Shown here: piece after piece, positions 36,416-45,555 of the stretch
How positions within the stretch are numbered: position 1 is the stretch's first letter
Layout: the number at the start of each line of letters is the position of its first letter
Source: an uncultured Pirellulaceae bacterium
GTDB taxonomy: Bacteria; Planctomycetota; Planctomycetia; Pirellulales; Pirellulaceae
Direction of reading: 5' to 3'
Assembly (NCBI GenBank): GCA_964635375.1
Contig: CAZWOU010000012.1
Coordinates: forward strand, 1-62,144
Length of the DNA stretch: 62,144 nucleotides
Position numbers and translations under genes: made by a program
The notes under the pieces: generated by a model
What the model saw: the letters and a program-made list of their open reading frames with translations, nothing else
What the model was told of the DNA's origin: nothing
Databases searched by the model: none

Positions 36416-36578
36416 GTCGCAGTGTCGCCCTTTGGCGTCAGAATGCACGAGAACGCGGTCGAGAAAATCGGCCGCGTTCTTTCGTGCGTCTTTTGCGAAA
36501 TCGGTTCGGCTTGACTCGCCCAGACATCCGCACCGGACTCTGATTCCCGGCTACTATGGGTTTGCGCTGTGCGAGGGT

Positions 36579-37493
36579 ATGATCGGAAGTTCCCTTAGCA
36601 GGAAAGCGGCTCTCATGCTTTTACGATACTTGGTTTCGCAATACGTGCGCAAGGCTGCCACCCAGTCACTGCACGACGCCGTCAAGAATGCGGCGGCCGG
36701 CGCAGCCAAACAAGTTGACTCGCCAGCCGAACCCGGCGAGCCAGAGGCGGAGCCAATCCGTCCAGAAGTCATTTTCCTGTTCGCGCTTGCTGTCGAATCG
36801 GGTGGCTTGGTCGACAAATTGCAGAACAAAACGACTCTGCATTGCGCTGCGTTCATCCAACACCTAGGACTGTTGAATGGCCGCCCAGTCGCGGTTCTCG
36901 AGATGGGCGTGGGGCAGGAAGCCGCGGGCAACGCGACGAGCGACGCGATCGCAATCCACAAACCAGATTGGATCGTCTCGGCGGGGTTTGCCGGCGCGCT
37001 CGATGCGAGTCTCCGTCGAGGGCATATTCTGATGGCGAATGAGATCATCAATGCCGACGTGAGCGAGAGGCTGGCCGTGGGACTCAAAATCGAACCCTCG
37101 GCCATCGAGTCATCGCCGGGACTTCACGTCGGAAGCCTGGTCACCGTCGATAACCTCGTTGCCACGCCAACCGAAAAAAAGGCACTCGGCGAGCGGACCG
37201 GCGCGCTGGCTTGCGACATGGAATCGGTAGCCATCGCTCGGGCTTGCCGCCAACATCAAACTCGGCTGCTCTCCGTCCGCATCATCACTGATGGAATCGA
37301 TGACCAACTTCCGCCGGAAGTGGAGAAGCTACTCGCGCAAGACTCACTCGCCGCAAAACTCGGCGCCGCCGCGGGCGCCATTTTCAATCGCCCCTCCAGC
37401 GTTAAGGACATGTGGGCGCTCAAAGAAGAGGCGTTGCGGGCCACCGACCGACTGGCCAAGTTTCTCGTCAGCATGCTGTCGCAACTGAACTAG
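36579..37493 (+). CDS. hpnG: Hopanoid-associated nucleosidase/phosphorylase HpnG (MTA/SAH-nucleosidase fold)
   Basis: PNP_UDP_1-type motifs are VIFLFALAVESGG, WIVSAGFAGAL and ALACDMESVAIARAC. The start is uncertain: ATG at 36579 or 36615, or TTG at 36432. Confidence 0.8.
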   Translation: MIGSSLSRKAALMLLRYLVSQYVRKAATQSLHDAVKNAAAGAAKQVDSPAEPGEPEAEPIRPEVIFLFALAVESGGLVDKLQNKTTLHCAAFIQHLGLLNGRPVAVLEMGVGQEAAGNATSDAIAIHKPDWIVSAGFAGALDASLRRGHILMANEIINADVSERLAVGLKIEPSAIESSPGLHVGSLVTVDNLVATPTEKKALGERTGALACDMESVAIARACRQHQTRLLSVRIITDGIDDQLPPEVEKLLAQDSLAAKLGAAAGAIFNRPSSVKDMWALKEEALRATDRLAKFLVSMLSQLN

Positions 37494-37517
37494 AGACCGG
37501 GCGGGCAGCTAGAGTCG

Positions 37518-38645
37518 TCACACGTTGCAGGATTCCGAATCCACATTTGGTAGGTGCGAGTCTTCGCGGGATCCTCTTCCTCGCCCCTCATCCGTCCTTT
37601 GCTCATCATTGTTCCCATCTTTCGAGCGTCGGGGCATGCCGAACAGAGTCCGTTGCACCGTGCGAAAGAAGCCGCCGAGCGAGCCAAATGTCTCGGCGAC
37701 GGCAGTCGGCTCAAAACCACAATGGACCATGCAGTCTCGACACTTGTCGTTTTGGCTAGTGTGGCCGTAACGGTCCCAATCGGTCGACGTCATCAGCTCG
37801 GAAAACGAATCGCAGTAGCCTTCGTCGAGCAAGTAGCAAGGTCTCTGCCAACCAAATTGGTTGTAGGTTGGACTTCCCCAAGGCGTGCAGTCCAAGTCCC
37901 ACCTGCCTTGCAGGAATTCGAGAAACAGCGGAGTCTGATTGAATTTCCATGACCGCTTTGCTCCCCCGAGCACTTGCCGAAACAGGGCGACTGTCTGGCG
38001 ACGAGCGAGAAAGTGACCTTGATCGGGCGCCTTCTGATAGCAATACCCAGGTGAGATCATCATCCCTTCCACACCCAGCTTCATCATCTCGGCAAAATGT
38101 TGGAGCATACGGCCCGGGTTAGCGCCAGCGAACAGAGTGGTGTTTGTCGTCACGCGAAACCCGCGTTTCCGCGCGGCCTGAATCGCTTGCACCGCGCGAT
38201 CATAGACTCCCTCACGACAAACAGCTTTATCATGCTCTTCGCGAGGGCCATCCATATGGACGGAGAACGCTAAGTACTTGGATGGCTGAAACGACGCCAG
38301 GCAGTCCTCTAAGGTCAGCCCATTGGTGCACAAATAGATGAACCGCTTGCGGTCGACCAGGCCTGCGACGATGCGACCAATCTCCGGGTGCAGAAGCGGT
38401 TCGCCGCCGGGGATTGAGATCACGGGCGCGGCGCATTCATCGGCAGCTTGAAAACACTGCTTGGGCGATAGGTGCCGCGACAATACGTCTTGGGAGTGTT
38501 GAATCTTGCCGCAACCCGCACAGGCCAAGTTGCAGCGGAGCAGCGGTTCGAGCATCAACACGAGCGGGTAGCGCCGAACGCCGCGAAGTCGTTGCTTCAG
38601 CACATACGAAGCCACCGTCGCCATCTGAGAAATCGGGACTCCCAT
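37518..38645 (-). CDS. hpnH: Radical SAM adenosylhopane synthase (adenosyl-hopene transferase) HpnH
   Basis: YPLVLMLEPLLRCNLACAGCGKI carries the CX3CX2C motif in the HpnH-type N-terminal context. The start lies 3 nt after the shc stop. Confidence 0.9.
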   Translation of the reverse strand: MGVPISQMATVASYVLKQRLRGVRRYPLVLMLEPLLRCNLACAGCGKIQHSQDVLSRHLSPKQCFQAADECAAPVISIPGGEPLLHPEIGRIVAGLVDRKRFIYLCTNGLTLEDCLASFQPSKYLAFSVHMDGPREEHDKAVCREGVYDRAVQAIQAARKRGFRVTTNTTLFAGANPGRMLQHFAEMMKLGVEGMMISPGYCYQKAPDQGHFLARRQTVALFRQVLGGAKRSWKFNQTPLFLEFLQGRWDLDCTPWGSPTYNQFGWQRPCYLLDEGYCDSFSELMTSTDWDRYGHTSQNDKCRDCMVHCGFEPTAVAETFGSLGGFFRTVQRTLFGMPRRSKDGNNDEQRTDEGRGRGSREDSHLPNVDSESCNV

Positions 38646-38648
38646 CGC

Positions 38649-40751
38649 TCAACTCGTGTTGCTGGGCCGCTGGTGGTCGCTCGCTGGCGGACTTTGCCAC
38701 TGCCGGTTCCATTCGGCCAACGCGAGCAAGGGGAAGTAGATCGGATAGAGGTGATAGCGCAGGTAGAACACGAGTGGGAAACCAGTACCCGTAAACTGCG
38801 GCTCATCCCAGGCGCCGTCATCGCGTTGATTGCGGACAAGGTATCCCACGCCGCGACGAACGGCCGGTTCCTCAGGCCCGCAGGCGGACAGCAAGCCCAA
38901 TACGGCCCAGGCGGTTTGGGATGCGGTGGGTTCGCCCTGCCCTCGCGTGGTTGGATCTGCGTAGGTCTGCGGCGACTCGCCCCACCCGCCGCACGGTTGT
39001 TGCGATCCGCGCAACCAATCAATGCCGGCGCTCACGGCTGGGTCGTCCACCGGCACGCCGACAGCCCGTAGCCCGACCAGGCATTGCCAGACGCCGTAGA
39101 TATAGTTGACTCCCCAGCGACCGGGCCACGCCCCATCAGGCTCTTGCTGCTTTCGCACGTAAGCGACAGCTCGATCTACCGCGGGGTGCCCCTGATGCAA
39201 TCCCCATTGGGCTAGACACTCCAGCGTACGAGCGGTGATGTCAGGGGTGCTCGGATCAATCATCGCGTTGTGATCGGCGAAAGGAACTTCACAAAGAAAC
39301 CGCCGATCGTTGTCCCGATCAAAGGCGCCCCAGCCTCCATCTCGATTCTGCATCGCCAACAACCACTGTCGGGCTCGCATGCAAGCCGCAGAAATCCGCT
39401 CAACCGCGTTCGCTTCGCCTCGCGCCTGTAAAACTGATTCCGCCCGACTGACCGACACCAACACGTTCCCGTGAATCAATGCCTGTTCGTCGGGCACCTG
39501 GCCGCGCAGAGCCATCATGACCATGATCGTGTCGTCGACATCGGGATAGAATTCATTGTTGTGCTCGAAGTACCACCCAGCTGGCTCAGCTTTCACGTTG
39601 ACGGCCCAATCGCCAGGCTTGGTCACCTCTTTGCTCAATAACCAAGCGGCCGCTTTGCCAAGTGGTCGAGAATCGACGTTGGAACCTGCCGCCTGAAGGG
39701 CGCGCAGCGAAATGGCTGTATCCCAAACTGGCGACTTGCAGGGTTGCAGGCGGACCGTGTCTTTGTCTTTCAGAATCAGCGCGTCAAGCTGCTCCAGGCA
39801 CTCGATGACTTCGGGGCTCGATTCCTCGTATCCGCGACAACGCAGCGCGATCAAGCTGAAGATGATTGGCGGAAAGATCGCACCCAAACCGTCGCTGTAA
39901 GCAAACCGGTTGATGATCCAAGCCTCGGCCTTGCTCAGCGCCCAGCGGCGAAGTGGGAGCAACCGGCAGCGTTCGATGCCCTTCAACACTGAATCTGCCG
40001 TATGAAAGAAGTTCGTCCAGCTGAACCAAGCCGTCTTGCCCGCGCTTCGCCCAGGACGCCGCAGTTTGCCCCATTCACCGGGCGCCTTCAGAAACAACTC
40101 GGAGATCCCCTGGTCCTTTGGGATCTCCCGCGTCGGGCGGTAGGACCACATGATGGCAAGCGGCACAAAGATCGTCCGCGACCACGCACTGATGCGGTAG
40201 ATGTTGATCGGACTCCATCTCGGCGCCAACATCACTTCGGGAGGCACGGCCGGACAGTACTTGTATTCAAGCTGCCCGAGCAAAGCGAGGTAGAACCGAG
40301 TGAAGCTGTTGACGGCGTCCGCGCCGCCAGCGGCCCGAATTGCCTCTTGGGCCCGAATCATGTAGTCAGCGTTGGCGTCATGCCCAGTTAGTTTCAGCGC
40401 GAAATAGGCTTTCACACTGGCGCTGATTTCAAGCGGACCGCCAGGGTACAAGCTCCAACCTCCCGATGGCTGTTGGACCTGCAACAAGTAGCGAGCCGCC
40501 TGGGCCGCATTGGGCGTGTGCTCTTTTCCCATCCACGCCAAGAGGAGAATGTACTCGCTCTCCAGGATCGAGTCGCCTTCTAACTCACCACACCAATACC
40601 CATGTTCCGTTTGGCGGGAGAGCAGCCATTCTGAAGTGAGATCGACCGCATCGCAGGCGGCCATGCTCAACTCAAAATCGTCCCTGTTTGTCGACTTCGA
40701 TTCGCCAGTTCCGCGCATCGCATTCGGCTCGCCGTCCTTCTCGAACGTCAC
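38649..40751 (-). CDS. shc: Squalene-hopene cyclase
   Basis: The catalytic motif YPDVDDTIMV (DxDDT) is present. Multiple QW repeats are seen (QTEHGYW, QQPSGGW, QNRDGGW, QQEPDGAW, QQPCGGW, QRDDGAW). The ORF track start at 40751 is a GTG and the first ATG is at 40718. Confidence 0.95.
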   Translation of the reverse strand: MTFEKDGEPNAMRGTGESKSTNRDDFELSMAACDAVDLTSEWLLSRQTEHGYWCGELEGDSILESEYILLLAWMGKEHTPNAAQAARYLLQVQQPSGGWSLYPGGPLEISASVKAYFALKLTGHDANADYMIRAQEAIRAAGGADAVNSFTRFYLALLGQLEYKYCPAVPPEVMLAPRWSPINIYRISAWSRTIFVPLAIMWSYRPTREIPKDQGISELFLKAPGEWGKLRRPGRSAGKTAWFSWTNFFHTADSVLKGIERCRLLPLRRWALSKAEAWIINRFAYSDGLGAIFPPIIFSLIALRCRGYEESSPEVIECLEQLDALILKDKDTVRLQPCKSPVWDTAISLRALQAAGSNVDSRPLGKAAAWLLSKEVTKPGDWAVNVKAEPAGWYFEHNNEFYPDVDDTIMVMMALRGQVPDEQALIHGNVLVSVSRAESVLQARGEANAVERISAACMRARQWLLAMQNRDGGWGAFDRDNDRRFLCEVPFADHNAMIDPSTPDITARTLECLAQWGLHQGHPAVDRAVAYVRKQQEPDGAWPGRWGVNYIYGVWQCLVGLRAVGVPVDDPAVSAGIDWLRGSQQPCGGWGESPQTYADPTTRGQGEPTASQTAWAVLGLLSACGPEEPAVRRGVGYLVRNQRDDGAWDEPQFTGTGFPLVFYLRYHLYPIYFPLLALAEWNRQWQSPPASDHQRPSNTS

Positions 40752-40871
40752 GTCGCTTCCATTTTCTGTCAGGTGTGCTTCTCGGTTTCCATTCCGCCCA
40801 CCTTGGGTAAGGCGAAAACGCCAGACGCCTTGAGTCTGGGGGCTCAGCTCAACCTTGCGGGCCTACGCAAG

Positions 40872-43121
40872 TTAGGGAATCGACGGACTTGGTGCAAGAT
40901 CAGAACCAACTGCAAAGATCGCCACCGACGGGCGCTCACCTTCAAAATGGACTCTTCTCAGCACACCATCCTCCTCCAGCTGCCGAAACACTTCAGGCTG
41001 CACGAACGGAGTGAACCCATAGGTCGCCCGATAACGAGCGACCTCGCCCCAATCGACAAGCACAAACGAAACCGATCGGCTCTGCAACGCCGCCAATTGC
41101 TCCCGCGGTGGAACGCCATCCATCCACTGCTCGAACACGGAACCGTCGAAGCAGGTGTTGTAATAAGTGATCGGCGTCAGATCGAACGGCTGAGCATCTC
41201 CCACCAGCAGAACCGCATTCCCAGGCGGTGTCGAGCGGTTGAGAAAATCGTGGGCCGGCGTCAACGTCCAGGCGCCCGGGTCTCGCGGATGAGGAGTGTC
41301 TGTGCGCAACTGTTGGTAGGACACAAGGATCCTGTTATCAGGCGTGGCGTAACGCGAGGCGAGCACGCAAAAGACGAGCACGGTGGTGAGAGCGATAAGT
41401 CCGTCGATGATCCGGCGCCAAAGCAAACTAGTGCCGCTGGTCGCGCCCAAGCCAGCCGCCAAGCAGAGAAGCGGTCCTGCGGGAAGCCAGAAACGATCGA
41501 TGCGATGGGTCGCCAGAAACCATGTCAGCATGATGAACAAAGCGGCCAGCGCGATTTCGATTGCCCAGCGGCGATCACGGGCGGCAAACAGGCACAAAGC
41601 GGCCAAAGGAATGACCAACGGATGGTGCCAGGGCGAGCGCCAGAGCACAGTCGCGGCGGCGGCGGCAATCTGGTTTGGCGAGAAACGCCGCCCCTGCTCG
41701 TCTCGCGGAATCTGATGGGCTCGATTCCATTGCTCCGTCTTGGCTTCAGTTCGCGTGGCGCCGCCCATGACCGAAGCCAATAAGGGGTAAGTGGGATTGC
41801 CCGTCAAAGCAGCGTTCTTGAGATACCAAGGCGAAGCGGCAACCACCGCAGTGACTGCGAACACCAGGGCCGCTTTGGCGCCCGTGCGAGCGTTGCGGGT
41901 TCGAACGAGCGAAGAGAAACACCACAGAGCGCCCGGAAAGATGGCAAACAAGACTCCGGTGTATTTGCAGGACGCGGCCGCTCCGGCAGCGACCGCGGCG
42001 GCGAGCAGCCAACCAACCCCGCGATTGCCTCCGCCGCGCTCTGCAAGCGACTCATCATGCAAGTAAACACTTAGCGCGAGAAACGCCAAGGCGACATACA
42101 TGCTCAATGCGCCGTCAATCAGTCCTGCGGCGGCGACGCGAAAGGCCCATGGCCAACTCATGTAGAACACCGCAGCAATCACGCCCGCTCGCCGCGAAGC
42201 CAATCTCGAGGCGACGCAGTACAAGGCGAGTGCGGTGATCAGATTCATCGAAGCAATGACAACTTTCCCCACCACAGCGCCTCGCCACCAAGCGTCACCG
42301 CCGCCGTACAACGCCATGGATGAGAGCGCATGCATCTCGGCGCCAAGCGGCATGTTGGCGTAAACGTTGTGGGGCATGAAGCCGACCTCGCCCAGCCGGT
42401 ACCACTCCTTCGGAGCTTGCAGATGATATTCCCGCACATCGAATTCCCAGGGCGGCAACGCGGCGGCGGCGAATAGGGCGAGAACAAAAGGCGTCGCCAG
42501 CAGCCACAGCCAAGGACGCTGCGGTTGAGACGATTCCGTCGCCGTCGTTCGTTCGCCTTCTCCCAACTTGGGCAGCACCCACTGCCGTTTCAGCACAGCA
42601 ACCAGCGTCAACAAGCCAAATAGCGCGAGATAAGGCCAGCGGGAACGCGTACTTAGACCATCGACTGCGCCAGCAAGGATGCCAACACTCAACGTGAAAA
42701 GGGAGAGGAGATGCAGTCCTAACCCGGTGGAAAAGGCGAGCCACTCGAGAGGGCGAGACGACGAGAGTCGCAGCCCGGTCAGCAGAAACGCCCCGCTAAC
42801 GTAGGCTGCCACAAGCCAGACCGCGGCGCAGGCAAAGACGGGAATACGGTCCGCCAAGCCCATGCGTTCGGCATCGCCACCCATCCACTGTGAGATCAAC
42901 TCACCCGGATCAAAGGGCAATAGCAGGTACAACATGCCTCGCGAGATCGCCCCGTCGCCAATCGGTTGACGTGCAAACAAGTAAGCGAAGACCAGCAGCA
43001 ACCCGACAAGAGCCAGCCACAGAGGCCAGGATTCCTCCCTTTCCGTGTCCGGGATTGGCTCGCGCGACGGTCCGTGACCACCGGTGCCCGCGGGTGTTTG
43101 CTTCCGATTCTGTTTGCTCAT
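40872..43121 (-). CDS. Polytopic GT-C-type (ArnT/PMT_2, GT39-like) membrane glycosyltransferase-like protein with a C-terminal soluble domain
   Basis: More than 10 predicted TM helices are followed by a C-terminal globular domain of about 170 aa. The ATG at 43121 (MSKQNRKQ) lies 120 nt upstream of shc on the same strand. Confidence 0.6.
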   Translation of the reverse strand: MSKQNRKQTPAGTGGHGPSREPIPDTEREESWPLWLALVGLLLVFAYLFARQPIGDGAISRGMLYLLLPFDPGELISQWMGGDAERMGLADRIPVFACAAVWLVAAYVSGAFLLTGLRLSSSRPLEWLAFSTGLGLHLLSLFTLSVGILAGAVDGLSTRSRWPYLALFGLLTLVAVLKRQWVLPKLGEGERTTATESSQPQRPWLWLLATPFVLALFAAAALPPWEFDVREYHLQAPKEWYRLGEVGFMPHNVYANMPLGAEMHALSSMALYGGGDAWWRGAVVGKVVIASMNLITALALYCVASRLASRRAGVIAAVFYMSWPWAFRVAAAGLIDGALSMYVALAFLALSVYLHDESLAERGGGNRGVGWLLAAAVAAGAAASCKYTGVLFAIFPGALWCFSSLVRTRNARTGAKAALVFAVTAVVAASPWYLKNAALTGNPTYPLLASVMGGATRTEAKTEQWNRAHQIPRDEQGRRFSPNQIAAAAATVLWRSPWHHPLVIPLAALCLFAARDRRWAIEIALAALFIMLTWFLATHRIDRFWLPAGPLLCLAAGLGATSGTSLLWRRIIDGLIALTTVLVFCVLASRYATPDNRILVSYQQLRTDTPHPRDPGAWTLTPAHDFLNRSTPPGNAVLLVGDAQPFDLTPITYYNTCFDGSVFEQWMDGVPPREQLAALQSRSVSFVLVDWGEVARYRATYGFTPFVQPEVFRQLEEDGVLRRVHFEGERPSVAIFAVGSDLAPSPSIP

Positions 43122-43441
43122 GCAGAACTCTGCTAAAGATCGATGCAATCGATACAAGTGGGACTTCGGCCAAAGAGTGGGGACCGGGGGATCGGCGAGC
43201 CCCGACGGCAGCGCCAAACGTTAGCTATGATAGAGAACAGACCGGTGGTGGAAAATGTCTGCGAGAACTGTTTGGCCGATTCCATCCCCGGACTTGTAGC
43301 AATAAGCCCCACCTTGGTTTCCAAACGCCACCGCGGAAACCACTGCTTAACAGCGCAGCCGTCGGCATTTGCCTCGATTGGCTCCTACCCGTTCGATCAC
43401 CACCCGCATCCCATTCCGCTCGCGCCCCTCCCGAGATTCCC

Positions 43442-44458
43442 ATGAGCGCCAACGCACCGCTAAAAGGTATTTTCACGCCGAACGTCGTTCCCTTGGACGT
43501 CAACGGCGACATCCATGAGGCGGAGACTCGGCGCTATGTCGACTGGCTAATCGAACGTGGCGTCCACGGGCTCTACCCCAACGGGTCAACGGGCGAGTTT
43601 ACCAGGTTCACCGCAGAGGAGCGGCGGCGGATCATCGAGATCATTGCGGACCAGACGGCCGGCCGTGTGCCGATTCTCGCCGGAGCCGCCGAAGCTAATA
43701 CGCGCGAGACGATCCGAGCTTGTGAGCACTATCACTCGCTCGGAGTTCGCGCAGTCGCAATTGTCTCGCCGTTCTACTACAAGCTTAGTGCAGACGGAGT
43801 CTACGCGTACTTCAAGGAAATCGCCGACAACTCACCGATCGACGTGACCCTCTACAACATCCCCATGTTTGCCTCGCCGATCGATGTGCCAACGGTTCAG
43901 CGACTGGCCGAGGAATGCGAGCGCGTTGTGGCGATCAAAGATTCCTCCGGCGACCTGCCCCACATGATGCGGATGATTTCAGCCGTCAGGCCGTTACGAC
44001 CCAACTTTGCATTTCTCACTGGCTGGGACGCGGCTCTGATGCCCATGTTGCTGCTGGGATGCGACGGCGGCACAAATGCGACGAGCGGCGTCGTGCCCGA
44101 AATCACTCGCAAGCTGTATGACTTGACGATGTCACGGCAAATCGATCAAGCTCGAGATCTGCAGTATCGCCTGCTGACCCTGTTTGACGCGATGCTCTAC
44201 TCATCTGAATTCCCTGAAGGCTTTCGAGCCGCCCTACAGCTTCGCGGCATCAAGACCGGCAAAGGCCGACAGCCTCAAGCGGCCGCGCAAGAGGCCGCCC
44301 TGCGAAAACTCAGCAACGAACTGCAATGCCTGTTGGCAGCCGAAGGGTTCACCGACGAACCCATTGGAGGTTGCGCCGCTGGCCAGCCCATCGATGAATT
44401 GCAAATCGATCGAATTGTCAAACAAGTCGTTAACGAACTGCAACGGCGAAGCAACTGA
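43442..44458 (+). CDS. Dihydrodipicolinate synthase family (DapA/NAL class I aldolase) protein
   Basis: [11 protein letters not shown] and [10 protein letters not shown] are present, and the Schiff-base Lys context is [10 protein letters not shown]. The true start is the ATG at 43442; the long upstream extension of the ORF overlaps the opposite-strand gene. Confidence 0.85.
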   Translation: MSANAPLKGIFTPNVVPLDVNGDIHEAETRRYVDWLIERGVHGLYPNGSTGEFTRFTAEERRRIIEIIADQTAGRVPILAGAAEANTRETIRACEHYHSLGVRAVAIVSPFYYKLSADGVYAYFKEIADNSPIDVTLYNIPMFASPIDVPTVQRLAEECERVVAIKDSSGDLPHMMRMISAVRPLRPNFAFLTGWDAALMPMLLLGCDGGTNATSGVVPEITRKLYDLTMSRQIDQARDLQYRLLTLFDAMLYSSEFPEGFRAALQLRGIKTGKGRQPQAAAQEAALRKLSNELQCLLAAEGFTDEPIGGCAAGQPIDELQIDRIVKQVVNELQRRSN

Positions 44459-44740
44459 GTGCGCCAACGACTGGCTCGCGAACAACTGAATTCTCGCCAG
44501 CCACTTCTCTGCAGAACGGATGCCGAGCAAGGTAAGCGGCGTGTCCGATCACCTGCCGCACAAAGTGACTCCTCCGTTGTAAATCTTACAAACTCGCCGA
44601 CACGCTGAATCTCGAATGGGCGTCTTGTTGCGACAGGGCAAGGACTTACCCGATGCGAGCAAGCCCGCGCCCGCGCCGCACAAAGTGTCGATCGATTGAC
44701 GTTGTCCTGTTTGCTCAAAGAATACCGTTGCAGACGACGG

Positions 44741-44810
44741 GGGAATTATCACAGGGAATTCTCATGGGGAATTCTCACGGGGGACCGGCAAAACGGCGGT
44801 CCCCGAATTC
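44741..44810 (+). promoter_or_regulatory. Three GGGAATT(A/C)TCA boxes at 13-bp spacing, plus an 8-bp-stem hairpin and a fourth GAATTC
   Basis: The boxes are at 44741-51, 44754-64 and 44767-77. The hairpin is GGGGACCG (44780-87) paired with CGGTCCCC (44797-804). All lie 25-95 nt upstream of the ATG at 44836. Confidence 0.35.
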
Positions 44811-44835
44811 CAAGAGCGAAAGGGAGTGTCAGACA

Positions 44836-45555
44836 ATGGGAATCTTCAACCGAGCAACGAATGGCGTCATGGCGAGCTTGGCCATGGCGACGGTGATCAG
44901 CACGTCGACGACGGGCTTGAGAGCCCAAATGGTGACGCGCCCCAGCGATGGCCGATCGGCTCTGCAATCTAGCCGCCCGGCGCGAGCGAGCTACGATGCC
45001 CGATTGCTGCCGCCCAGTTATCAACCCAGGTATCAACCCAGGTATCAACCCAGGTATCAACGCCGTTACCAACCCACCTACCAACCCCGTTACCAACCCA
45101 CCCACCAGCCCAGCTATCGGGCGACTTATCCGGCGCCTTCGTCGGGGGCTGCGCAGACCAGATTGGCGTCGACGACGCAATCCTATCGAGTGGACCCAAA
45201 CCGACTTCCACCGCCCCCGAATCGAGTCTACCGAGGCCAGGAGCCGGCGGACCTTCGGCCTCGCTTGAACACGCCGACGCCTAGCTACACGCCACTCCCC
45301 TCCGCGCCGCGGCTGGAATACCGCTCGCCCAGCGTTCCCTGCCAGCAGTACGCGTCAAGATCTCAGATCGTCAGGTATTCCAACGCCCCGCCCATCGGCC
45401 AGCCGACCGCGCCGCCGTACAACGCCTACCAGCCTATGATTCCATTAGCGCCGATGCCGAAACAATACTACTTCGGCCGTGGCTCGCTGGGGCAGCCGAA
45501 GGTCTATGTGCCGGGCCAACCGATTCGCAACTTCCTCCGCTACATCACTCTTTGA
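44836..45555 (+). CDS. Secreted Pro/Gln/Tyr-rich repeat protein (YQP[R/T] repeats)
   Basis: The ATG has an AGGGAG 9 nt upstream. The N-terminus MGIFNRATNGVMASLAMATVISTS is signal-like. The rest is low-complexity and P/Y/Q/R-rich. Confidence 0.65.
   Translation: MGIFNRATNGVMASLAMATVISTSTTGLRAQMVTRPSDGRSALQSSRPARASYDARLLPPSYQPRYQPRYQPRYQRRYQPTYQPRYQPTHQPSYRATYPAPSSGAAQTRLASTTQSYRVDPNRLPPPPNRVYRGQEPADLRPRLNTPTPSYTPLPSAPRLEYRSPSVPCQQYASRSQIVRYSNAPPIGQPTAPPYNAYQPMIPLAPMPKQYYFGRGSLGQPKVYVPGQPIRNFLRYITL
45019..45114 (+). repeat. 12-bp tandem repeat, about 8 units (TATCAACCCAGG and degenerate derivatives)
   Basis: The first three units are identical and later units are progressively diverged. They encode YQPR YQPR YQPR YQRR YQPT YQPR YQPT HQPS. 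Confidence 0.9.

Noticed and set aside
42890-43441. 184-codon N-terminal extension of the DapA-family ORF
   Set aside because: The extension overlaps the opposite-strand GT-C gene and translates to Arg/Pro-rich sequence. The DapA fold begins right after the ATG at 43442.
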